64,000 nt of DNA, taken from an uncultured Chloroflexia bacterium. Lineage in GTDB: Bacteria > Chloroflexota > Ktedonobacteria > Ktedonobacterales > JADMIN01. A program made the translations under genes and the position numbers. The notes below the pieces were generated by a model. It worked only from the letters and a program-made list of their open reading frames with translations. It ran no database searches and was not told where the DNA came from. This document shows positions 9,163 through 17,921 of the stretch, piece after piece. Every line of letters begins with the position of its first letter. Within the stretch, counting starts at the first letter, position 1. The stretch lies in assembly GCA_963785845.1 (NCBI GenBank), contig CAWAWP010000001.1, positions 313,132 through 377,131 on the forward strand, in the 5' to 3' direction.

Positions 9163-9621
9163 TTACTCGGTCGAAACCGCGCTGGTCGAGTGATCGGCGT
9201 CGTCCGCCTCGGCGTGGGACGCTGACTCGTCCACGGGGGGCGCGGCCACGTAGGCGTCACTTTCGCCCCAGGTCGGGTGGGGAGCGTATTCGCGGTAGAA
9301 GCGCCGCCCAAGTCTCCAGCCGATGTTAGTGCAGGCGATGATCACCACGGCGAAGACGGCCACCAGCACGAACACGTTCGCAAATCCGGTGATCCCGTGA
9401 TAATAGGTGTAGAGACCGACCAGTTTCGCGGCAAAGCCTCCGAGAAGGCACGCCGCCATGAGGCCTAAGAGGCAGCCAAGGTAGCCGCCGTGCGTCGGCC
9501 AGTCGTAGCCCGGTGGTACGGCGCCTTCATAGCGCTCGGGATGCGGTGGTGCAGCGGCGACGACCTGAGGGGACTCAGGGTCAGCCGGGTGTTCTTCGGG
9601 TGCGTTCTGGGAATCGTTCAC
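9163..9621 (-). CDS. Small membrane protein with two predicted TM helices
   Basis: TM segments GGYLGCLLGLMAACLLGGFAAKLVGLY and FANVFVLVAVFAVVIIACTNIGW. The ORF-track start (9795) overlaps the upp 3' end, so I trimmed to in-frame GTG 9621. The start remains uncertain. Confidence 0.5.
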   Translation of the reverse strand: MNDSQNAPEEHPADPESPQVVAAAPPHPERYEGAVPPGYDWPTHGGYLGCLLGLMAACLLGGFAAKLVGLYTYYHGITGFANVFVLVAVFAVVIIACTNIGWRLGRRFYREYAPHPTWGESDAYVAAPPVDESASHAEADDADHSTSAVSTE

Positions 9622-9658
9622 GTGATGGTTACTCGGAGTGACACTGCGTAGGTGCGTC

Positions 9659-10363
9659 TCAGCGCGTGCCGAACTGGCGGTCGCCCGCGTCGCCCAGTCC
9701 GGGGCAGATGTAGCCGCGCTCGTCGAGCCGGTCATCCAGCGCCGCGAGGTACACCGGGACGTCGGGATGTGCCTGGCGGAGCTTGAGCAGCCCATAGGGC
9801 GCGCCGATCAGCCCAATATAGCGGAGGTGCGGAACCTGGTGACGCTTGAGCGTGTTGAGCGCGTCGATGGCGGAGCCGCCGGTGGCGAGCATCGGATCTA
9901 CTGCAAAGCATACCTGGAGGTTGACCGCACGCGCCAACTGATTGTAGTACTCGATGGGTTCCAGGGTGCGCTCGTCACGACGCAGGCCCAGATGCCACAC
10001 GGACGCGTCGGGGAGCACCTGGCGGAAGCCGTCGGCCAACCCAAGGCCGGCGCGCAGTATCGGCACGATGCCGACGCCTCCACTCAGGCGCTGTGCTTCG
10101 GTGGGTTCGAGAGGCGTCTCGATAGGTGCGATCTCTGTGCGGAGGTCGAGGGTTGCCTCGTAGGCCAGCAGCGTCCCCAACTCGCGCACCAGACGATAGA
10201 AGTCGGGCGCGGTGGTGTGTTTGTCGCGGATCAGCCCTAGCTTGTGCGCGACGACGGGATGCCGCGAGATGTGCACACCCGGCAGTGAGGCGGTCTCGTC
10301 GCGCGTGGGCTGTGCGATTCCGCGCATGGGGAACGCGGGATCGGCCGCTTGGGGGTCGGGCAT
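9659..10363 (-). CDS. upp: Uracil phosphoribosyltransferase
   Basis: Characteristic strings HPVVAHKLGLIRDK, ILRAGLGL, DPMLATGGSA and ICPGLGDAGDRQFGT. Start trimmed to ATG 10363 after AGGAAGGTGG; the ORF track begins at 10534. Confidence 0.9.
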   Translation of the reverse strand: MPDPQAADPAFPMRGIAQPTRDETASLPGVHISRHPVVAHKLGLIRDKHTTAPDFYRLVRELGTLLAYEATLDLRTEIAPIETPLEPTEAQRLSGGVGIVPILRAGLGLADGFRQVLPDASVWHLGLRRDERTLEPIEYYNQLARAVNLQVCFAVDPMLATGGSAIDALNTLKRHQVPHLRYIGLIGAPYGLLKLRQAHPDVPVYLAALDDRLDERGYICPGLGDAGDRQFGTR

Positions 10364-10505
10364 GAGACTACCACCTTCCTGGTGCCTTGGGTGATTTCGG
10401 CGCGGGCACATGGCCTTGGGGAGTGTCGCATACCTCTGCGGGCCGGTCAAGCGCTCCGCCGGCTGTGCTAGCTGGCAGGGGGCGGGCAGCAGACATCGCG
10501 CGGAG

Positions 10506-12065
10506 TCAGGACTTCGGCAGCGACAGGATGCCATATTTCAGCTTGAGCGCCAGGATGCGGCGCACCGAGTCGTCGATGCGCTGCTTGGAGATGGTGCCAT
10601 TCTGCACGGCGGTGCGGATGGTGTCGAGCGCCAGATCCGCGATGCCGCGATCGTACGCCGCCGAGATGATATCGTTGCCTGCTTCAACCGCGTACAGGAT
10701 GCGTTGAGCTAACGGATACGCGCTGAGCGCCTGCATATAGATGGCGTCGGTGATGACGACGCCGTTGTAATGCAGTTGATCGCGCAGAATGCCGGTGATG
10801 ACCTTGGCCGAGAGTGACGCCGGTCGATTGGGGTCCACCGCCTGAACCACGACATGGGTAGACATGATCATGTCTACCTGGCCGCTGGCGATGAGCGACT
10901 TGTAAGGCGCCCAATCGACGTTCTCAAGCTGGCTGAGGCCGCGGGTGACGGTGTAGAGCTTGACATGCGGATCGACGGGCACATCGCCCAGCCCGGGGAA
11001 GTGCTTCAGCGTGCCGACGACCTGACCGCTTTGCTGCAATCCTTTGAGAAAGGCGCCCGCCAGTTTGGAGACCTGGCTCGGCGTGGAGCCGAACATGCGT
11101 CCGTTGAGCTGCCCACCGGCGGCGCCGACGCCGCTATCGACGTCGACGACGGGCGCGTAGTCATTGTTCAGCCCAAGCGACACGAGGTCTTTGCAGATCT
11201 GCTGCCCTACCTGCTGTGTGTAGGCCGTGGCGTTGCTGTGGTGGGCCATCTGATAGGCGTCGGGCAGGTCGCCGTCGATAGCCTGCAGCCGATTGACCGG
11301 CCCGCCCTCAACATCCGCACCGAGCAGCAGTGGAATCTTGGCGCTGGCTTGCAGTTGGCTCGTCCAGGCCTCCGCGTCGGCCTTGGAGCCGAGATTGGCG
11401 CTGTAGAGGATTACCGAGCCGATGTGATCTTGCGCGATCTCGTCCAGCACCCACTGCTGTGGGGTCGGCGTGTCGAAGAACGAGACCTGGATCATCTGGC
11501 CGATCTCTTCGTCGAGCGTCATGTGGGAGATCAGGTTGTTGATGTATTGTTGCTGGGCGTAGGCGCGCAGCGTTCCGACCCAGGTAAAGGCGTTGGGATT
11601 GGGGGTACCGTTCGGCGTGACCGTCGCCGTGGCGACCTCCGTATTCGTGGCGGTGGCGGTCGGTGCACCAGTCGGGGCCAGCCCGTGCAGGATGGGCACC
11701 GCAGCGACGAGGAGGAGCAACACGCCGATCAGCAGACTGAGCAGCAACCGACGCGGGCCGCGCGATCTGCCATGTCGATCGCTTGTGGGACGAATTGGGG
11801 GCGAGATCGGCGGCGGCAGTTCTCGCGTGGCGGGGTGCGCCTGTTCGCTGACCTGTGGTTCGTCGGACGGCGATGCGAGATCGGCGGCGCGGTACAGTGG
11901 AGCCGTCGAGATCTCGGGTGCGTTGCCAGAGGGGGACGGAGGCGGCGCATCTGAAAGCGTCTCTGGCTCGGCCGCGGCGACGCTCTCGTCTGGCGACGCA
12001 CCTGCGTCTGCCGGTGTGCTGTTTACGGGAGTCGCTAATTCCTCGCGCAAATCCATTCGTTGCAC
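10506..12065 (-). CDS. Glycoside hydrolase family 3 (NagZ-like beta-N-acetylhexosaminidase/beta-glucosidase) with an N-terminal Pro-rich region and TM anchor
   Basis: GH3 signature region: KHFPGLGDVPVDPH, SVILYSANL, VITDAIYMQA. N-terminal TM segment LLLSLLIGVLLLLVAAVPIL. Confidence 0.85.
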   Translation of the reverse strand: MQRMDLREELATPVNSTPADAGASPDESVAAAEPETLSDAPPPSPSGNAPEISTAPLYRAADLASPSDEPQVSEQAHPATRELPPPISPPIRPTSDRHGRSRGPRRLLLSLLIGVLLLLVAAVPILHGLAPTGAPTATATNTEVATATVTPNGTPNPNAFTWVGTLRAYAQQQYINNLISHMTLDEEIGQMIQVSFFDTPTPQQWVLDEIAQDHIGSVILYSANLGSKADAEAWTSQLQASAKIPLLLGADVEGGPVNRLQAIDGDLPDAYQMAHHSNATAYTQQVGQQICKDLVSLGLNNDYAPVVDVDSGVGAAGGQLNGRMFGSTPSQVSKLAGAFLKGLQQSGQVVGTLKHFPGLGDVPVDPHVKLYTVTRGLSQLENVDWAPYKSLIASGQVDMIMSTHVVVQAVDPNRPASLSAKVITGILRDQLHYNGVVITDAIYMQALSAYPLAQRILYAVEAGNDIISAAYDRGIADLALDTIRTAVQNGTISKQRIDDSVRRILALKLKYGILSLPKS

Positions 12066-12229
12066 TCTCCCCGCACGCTCCCTACACCCGCCGACCGCTC
12101 TTCGCCGCTTGACCCGCGTTACATACTAACATGTAGTGATCGAAATTCCTGCTTCGTCGCTCACACTTTCGCTCACAGTTTGGAGCAATGGTCTGGCTGC
12201 GCCGCGATAGTCATATTGGTTGACATGAG

Positions 12230-13033
12230 TTGGAGCGCGGCGCTAGTGTGTCGGTGACTCACGTATCGCATTCCTGTGGCCAACTCGTCGCGATATGTGC
12301 AGGAGGCTGGAGGAGACTCGTGGTGCGCACTGGCGACGCGGGAGGGCGGGCGGAGGTCGCGCGATCCGTATCCAGCGGCGGCTTGCCCAGGGAGGCGGAG
12401 CGACCCGCGGTCGCCGTTGATGTCGTCATTCTGACGGTGCGCGAGCATCACTTGGAAGTGCTGCTGACGCGGCGTTCGCATGCGCCCTTCGACGGCTTGT
12501 GGGCCATCCCCGGCGGGTTTGTCAAGCCAGACGAGTCGCTGGAGGATGCGGCGCGGCGCAAGCTGGCCGAAGAGGGTGGCGGAAGCGACGTCTATCTCGA
12601 ACAACTCTACACCTTCGGCGACCCTGGGCGCGATCCGCGAACGCGAGTGATCACCGTGGTGTACTACGCGCTGCTGCGCCCCGATCAACTGCGCTTGCCG
12701 ACAGCGCCCGACGCCGCCGAGGCGCGACTTTTCGCGGCGTACCTTGCGCCGGATCTGGCCTTCGATCATTCGCGCATTCTGCAACACACCCTCGAACGTC
12801 TGAGGGGCAAGCTCGAATATACGACGATTGGCTTCCAACTGCTGGCGCATGAGTTCACGCTGAGCGAGCTTCAAGACGTGTACGAGGCGATCTTGAACCG
12901 CTCGCTCGACAAGCGCAATTTTCGCAAAAAGCTGCTGCTGACGCGCATCGTCGAGCCGACGGCGCATACACGCGCGGGGGGGCAGCATCGCCCCGCCCGA
13001 CTCTACCGCTTCAACCCGAGGGCGCGTACCTGA
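12230..13033 (+). CDS. NrtR-like regulator (Nudix domain fused to a C-terminal winged helix)
   Basis: Nudix box GGFVKPDESLEDAARRKLAEEGG. The C-terminal segment FDHSRILQHTLERLRGKLEYTTIGFQLLAHEFTLSELQDVYEAILNRSLDKRNFRKKLL is typical of the NrtR family. The start is uncertain. Confidence 0.75.
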   Translation: MERGASVSVTHVSHSCGQLVAICAGGWRRLVVRTGDAGGRAEVARSVSSGGLPREAERPAVAVDVVILTVREHHLEVLLTRRSHAPFDGLWAIPGGFVKPDESLEDAARRKLAEEGGGSDVYLEQLYTFGDPGRDPRTRVITVVYYALLRPDQLRLPTAPDAAEARLFAAYLAPDLAFDHSRILQHTLERLRGKLEYTTIGFQLLAHEFTLSELQDVYEAILNRSLDKRNFRKKLLLTRIVEPTAHTRAGGQHRPARLYRFNPRART

Positions 13034-13151
13034 GCGCTCGCCGGAGACGCTCGCGGCTGGACCTACATCAATCGCAAGGCCGCTCCCACTGGAGGAGCGG
13101 CCACAGGATATGGGTTGCGGCGTATGACGAGCCAAGGAATCGCTGGCGTCG

Positions 13152-13808
13152 TCAGCGTTCCATGCGCACGCCCTGACGTGAGGGCGCGCGACTGCCGCCA
13201 TCCATCGCGCCGCCGCCGTAGCCGCAATAGGGGCAGACGTTCCACTTGAGCTCCAGCAAGTGCTCACAGCGCGGGCAGGGCCGCCGCAGCTTCGTGCCGC
13301 AGGATGGGCAGACCTGGAACTCGTTATCGACACGGTAGTGGCAGGTCGGGCAGGTCTGGCGCTCGGTCATCTCGGCGAGCAGCGACTCTTCTTCGAGCTG
13401 GCGCTCATAGAGTTCGGCGAGGGTCTGGCGCGGGCGGACGATGAGGTAGATGAAGAGGCCGCCGAGGTTGAAGACGGCGACGAGGAGTGTCGCGGTGATC
13501 TGGAGCACGGTGTCTTGCGTGCGGCTGCGCACGTCGCGCCATGTCCAGAAGATCAGGGCGACCCAGAAGATGACGACGAACGCTGCGAAGAAGAAGACGA
13601 CGATGAAGAGCAGCCCCTGCAGGCTCGAGAGCGGGCTGCTCGACGTGGTGGGCGCGGTGATAACCGGCGTACTTTCCGCGGTTGGTGAGGTCGCGGTCGT
13701 CGCGGTGGGGCTCGCGGCGGCAACGCTCTGCACGGCGTTCGATATTCCGTTGTGCAACGTATCCCCAAAGGCCGTTACGCCGTGCTGGAGCAGGAGTAGA
13801 CTACTCAC
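13152..13808 (-). CDS. Membrane protein with a PLD-nuclease-N-like TM hairpin and a C-terminal double zinc ribbon
   Basis: TM hairpin FWVALIFWTWRDVRSR...LLVAVFNLGGLFIYLIVRP. Zinc ribbons CPTCHYRVDNEFQVCPSCG and CPRCEHLLELKWNVCPYCG. GTG start at 13808 after AGAGGTGG. Confidence 0.6.
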   Translation of the reverse strand: MSSLLLLQHGVTAFGDTLHNGISNAVQSVAAASPTATTATSPTAESTPVITAPTTSSSPLSSLQGLLFIVVFFFAAFVVIFWVALIFWTWRDVRSRTQDTVLQITATLLVAVFNLGGLFIYLIVRPRQTLAELYERQLEEESLLAEMTERQTCPTCHYRVDNEFQVCPSCGTKLRRPCPRCEHLLELKWNVCPYCGYGGGAMDGGSRAPSRQGVRMER

Positions 13809-14159
13809 TCAATGCCACCTCTTTCGCCGCACTCGACTTTCGCCCGACTCGACATCCCATGTGTGCGTCGCACCTCTTCGGCCAGGCGTCCGACTACGGT
13901 GCCATCCACGTTAATCGTCTCCGGAAATTGGGTATATTCGTGACTTGGCAGTGATACCCGTCGTGTGTTTGACGTGAACGCTGCCGTTTGCGTCACATGG
14001 AGCGTTAGGGCCATGTGTGGGGTACGCACACGGCCGCCCCACGAGGTATCACGGGAATGTAGGATACCAGCATCACCACACTCTGTTCAAGGAGCCATGC
14101 CTACCGGGCTACTGCCGCCCTGCTTCCGCCATCCACATCTCCCTGGCGCTCACCTGTGG

Positions 14160-17077
14160 TCAACCGCTCAACTGAAAAAGCAACGTCTGAATCTCGCCGC
14201 CACGCAGTCGCGTGCGTACTCCAGTGCTCAAGATGCGTGCCAAAGGGTTTGCCTCAGTTTGCGGGGCCACATCTTCCGCCAAGGTGACGCGGGCGACTTC
14301 GTCGAAGGGCAGCGCGAGGATCACTTCGGCATCGGCGCTGGTGCGAGACATGTTGACGAGACGCACCACCAGTCCGCTGCCGCGTTCCGCCCGCTTGACC
14401 GCGCTTACCATGACACTCCCCGGCGAGACGTGCACGAAGCTCCACAGCGCCGGCAATGCGCCGCTGTGCTGCTCACTGGCGAAGGCGCGGAGTGGGGCTT
14501 GATAAGCGTGCGCTTCGTGCAGCACAAGGGCGTCTTCGGCGTCCCACGCGCCGGCATGCGGCACGAGCGCATACTCGAAGACGTGGCGGCCGAGACCTTG
14601 CGCCGCTGGGGTATGGAGCGCCGGTCCGGCGTGTCCCCGGCGCGTGGCAAGGTCGTCACGAGACAGCCACTCGACGCAGCGCAGCAAGGTGAGCGCCAGC
14701 GCGCTGGAGTTGCCGTCGGCGAGTGTCAGCGACTTCGTACTCTGGCAAGCCGCGATTGAGCAGCGCCAGCCCGGCTGTGCCGTCGCTGAGATCGACGAAG
14801 CGCTGTTGGGGGTGGGTGTCTACCGGCGCTTCGATCCACTCGGACCAGGGTGGCTCGCCCGGCTTCGGCTCTTGGCGAGCGGGGCGGCGCGTGACGCAGA
14901 AGGCGTCTTCGGCGTCTGCGTGCTGGGCGACGAACGGCACTGGGAAAAGCATGCGAAGGCGGTGGTCGCGCGCGGCGTTCTCAACGGTGGTGCGGATCTC
15001 CACGCGGCGGGCGCCAGCGGTCAGCGAGATGTCTGAGGTGATATCGCAGCGCGCGAGCTCGCTGGAGCGCGACGAGCGATCGGCGGCGCAGGCGGCAGGC
15101 AACATATACGTGTTGGTGACACGAAGGGTCGCCCGCGCGGGGCCGGTTTCAAGCAGTTGCAGGCGTGGCGGCCATGCCGGAGCGTCTATCAGCCGTATCG
15201 TGCGCTGGCGGGGAGTAGTTGTAGAGGTCGCCGACGTCGCCCGTGTCGCGCACGTGGTTGAGACCTGCGTACTCGCGCCCGGTGCGCTTGTCGTAGAGCG
15301 TGAAGGCGCCGCTCTGCTCATCGACCGTGAGGCGCAGATGGGCGTTTTCGAGCGAGCTTTCGCTGGCGAGCACGCTGCGGCTGAGCGGACCCGTCTCGAC
15401 GAGGCGGCGCGCGCCATCCGCATCGGCGACGTGTCGCGGTCGCAGGAAGAGCACGCGGCCGCCATGCGGGGGAACGTCGCGCGCGAGCAGCAGTATTTCG
15501 GACTTCTCGGCCTCGCGGGCGACGACATGGAACATGGTCACCTCGGGGCGTTCGAGCAGCGCCTGGATGCGCGGGAGCAACTGCGCTACGACGGCGAGGT
15601 TGGGCGAGACATTCTGTGAGACGGTGAGGAAGAGATTCGCGGTGTCTCCGGTCGGCGGGACATCCAGGTGCGCGTCGAGGATGGCGTAGCCCAGGGCACG
15701 ACCCTCGCTCGCGGTCCCGATGGTGCCAGCGACGAAGTCCTTGTCGATACGCTCGTCGAGGAGCACGCTGCCGCGCGACGAAAGCGCCTGATAGGGCAAC
15801 TCGCGCCCCTCCGCATCCACCAGTTCGGCGTCGGGGGAAAGCAGCACGACCTCGCAGCGCGCGACGTCTGTGCGTGGACCGCTGGCGGGGTTGAAGACGA
15901 CGATTGGCGTCGCGCCTTCGGGCCCGCGCGTGTCAACCCGATGCGAGAGGGAGGCAAGCGACTGCGTGGTCACTGCCTCGGCGATCTGCTCGCTCTGCGC
16001 GAAGCGAGGCAGCATCTCGGCATGGACCTCGTCAATACCACAGCCGCAGATGCTGTCGTGGGGGTGGTTGTGCAGCAGGTGACGCCAGGCAATCGAGAGC
16101 AGGCCGGCGGGGTAGCGATCGCCGAGCGCCCAGGCCCAGGTAGCGGCCGGCTCGGCCAGGCGCGTCAGTAGCGCCTCGCACGCGGCGTTGCGCTGCTTAA
16201 GCCACATACGCGTCGAGAGCACGCCAGGCAGCAGATGGGCGGAGTGGCTGCTGCGAAATTCGCCAGCGTGCCGAGGAAGCGGCTGCTGCGCGTGGCGGAG
16301 GCGGTTGATGTAGTCGGGCAGTGTGCCGATGGCGATGTCGATGCCGTCGGCGGCGAGCAGGTCATTGGCGCTGGCAATGGCGTTCGGCAGCCCCGGTTGC
16401 GGCTCGATGTGGTCGGTGCCGTTCATCAGCAGCGACGTGTCTATCGCGGCGCGCGCCGCCATGCGGGAGGCGATGCGACGCGAGCGCGCGGCGAGCGACT
16501 CTGGTTCGAGCGGCAGCGCGGCGGCGTTGGAGTAGCCGAAGTCGTCGTAGAGCCAGGCGACGAGCACTTCGCTGCCGTCGGGCGCGGACCAGATGAAGGC
16601 GCCGCGTTCCATGCCCGGTGGCACGCCGCGCCAGAAGACGGCGTTGTCGATGCCGAACCCGCGCAGGATCTGCGGCAGTTGCGCGATGTGGCCGAACGTG
16701 TCGGGGACGTAGCCGACGGGCATGACGCCGCCGTAGGCTTCACCCATGCGCCTGCCAACAAGCAGGTTGCGTACGAGAGATTCGCCGCCGACCAGGAATT
16801 CGTCGGGTTGGAGATACCACGGCCCGATCTGCAACCGGCCTTCGCGGGCGAGGCGGAGCAGTCGGTCGGCGTTTTCGGGGCGCACTTCGAGGTAGTCTTC
16901 GAGGACGATCGTCTGTCCGTCGAGCATGAAGTAGGTGAAGCTGGGATCGGCTTCCAGCGTGTCGAGGACGAGGTCGACGGTGCGGACCAAACGCATGCGG
17001 AATTGTTGGAAGGTGAGGTACCACTCGCGATCCCAATGGGTGTGGGGCACCACCAACAGGTGTGTCTCGGCGGCCAT
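14160..17077 (-). pseudogene. GH38 alpha-mannosidase interrupted by two frameshifts (three reading frames)
   Basis: Frame A (17077 to about 15200) starts VVPHTHWDREWY and has HPHDSICGC. Frame B (about 15200 to about 14735) has DHRLRMLFPVPF...GLALLNRGLPEYEV. Frame C (about 14735 to 14160) has ALALTLLRCVEWLSRDDL...HAGAWD. The three pieces are collinear with a normal GH38 protein of about 970 aa. Start trimmed to ATG 17077 after GCAGGAGC. Confidence 0.75.
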
Positions 17078-17287
17078 GCTGCTCCTGCATCGCTTCGTGT
17101 CGTAAGCGCGACGCCCGAGTGTCGCGCGGTGGTGGATGCCGCGACTGAGGCGTTCTGGCAAGTATAGCGCATATGCGACTCCGCCGCACGACAGGGAGAC
17201 CTACCGGAGAGTTTGGCACGCGGTTGGGCTGATGTTCTCTTCCACTGGCGGCTGGGTCGCGCCGCGGAAGACAATCGGCACTTCAAC

Positions 17288-17599
17288 AATTTCCGTTTTC
17301 TTCCGCTTTTTCGTCGCGATCGCGCCGCTGGCTATCGGGCCGGCCCCCGCGCAGGACAACGACGGAGGTGGCGGAAACGGAAATGAGGACACAACGAACA
17401 GTTAGGACTCGCGCGCCAAGAAGGTCAACGATGCGGCGCGATTCGCGACAGAGATGACATAGGTGGTCATGGCGATACTTTACCGGGCCGCACGGCAACA
17501 TCTGGCGAGCGGAATGGAGGTGAATGTTGGGGCGCCGGAGAGAACAAGAAGAACATAAGTTCTAAGGTAACTCTACCACACGCATGGCGTCTGCCGCAA
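17288..17599 (-). ncRNA. Candidate structured leader or sRNA, paralogous module copy B
   Basis: On the minus strand: TTGCGG (17599..17594), 18 nt, TGgTAGAGT (17578..17570). The perfect palindrome AGAACTTATGTTCT (17563..17550) follows. Conserved blocks are shared with 4673..5007. The invariant 20-mer 17288..17307 pairs with GGCGGAAACGGAAAT at 17370..17384. Confidence 0.4.
17550..17563. promoter_or_regulatory. Perfect GAAC-N4-GTTC palindrome (AGAACATAAGTTCT), a Cheo-box-like operator
   Basis: Perfect inverted repeat read directly from the sequence. It starts 6 nt downstream of the predicted minus-strand -10. Confidence 0.45.
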
Positions 17600-17661
17600 G
17601 CAGGGAACTTGCATCCGAGGAACGAGTACTGGCAGGCGAGAAAGACTCTACATAGGGCGCG

Positions 17662-17690
17662 TTGACAAGTGCTTGGAGCTTCGCTATAGT
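17662..17690 (+). promoter_or_regulatory. Sigma70-type promoter TTGACA-17-TATAGT for the thr leader/operon
   Basis: TTGACA at 17662..17667, a 17-nt spacer, and TATAGT at 17685..17690. The leader ORF starts about 50 nt downstream. Confidence 0.65.
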
Positions 17691-17741
17691 GGTGGCACCG
17701 CCAGCGCTTCGTGGAGCTTGGCGCCGCATTGAGGGCTTTCG

Positions 17742-17798
17742 ATGAGCAACGCGCGGAACATCACCACTGCCAGCACCACTACCACCACCGGTGGGTGA
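17742..17798 (+). CDS. Thr-rich leader peptide MSNARNITTASTTTTTGG (18 aa) of a thr-operon attenuator
   Basis: ATG at 17742 is preceded by GAGGG at a 6-nt spacing. Seven of 18 codons are Thr (ACC/ACT) and one is Ile. The TGA stop at 17796..17798 lies just upstream of a GC-rich hairpin followed by a T-run. Confidence 0.7.
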   Translation: MSNARNITTASTTTTTGG

Positions 17799-17823
17799 GG
17801 GCGGCGCGCTGTTGTTGTTGGGC

Positions 17824-17860
17824 AAGCCGACCCGGATTGTACGGGCCGGCTTTTTGTTTG
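17824..17860 (+). terminator. Intrinsic terminator (attenuator) between the leader peptide and thrA
   Basis: Stem GCCGACCCG (17826..17834) pairs with CGGGCCGGC (17842..17850) with one mismatch. The loop is 7 nt, and TTTTTGTTT follows the stem. It lies about 60 nt before the thrA ATG. Confidence 0.65.
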
Positions 17861-17921
17861 CCTTGCGGGTCGAAGCTAACGTCGTTCGTGCTGGTCGGCG
17901 GCGAAGACGAGGTGCCGGGTT

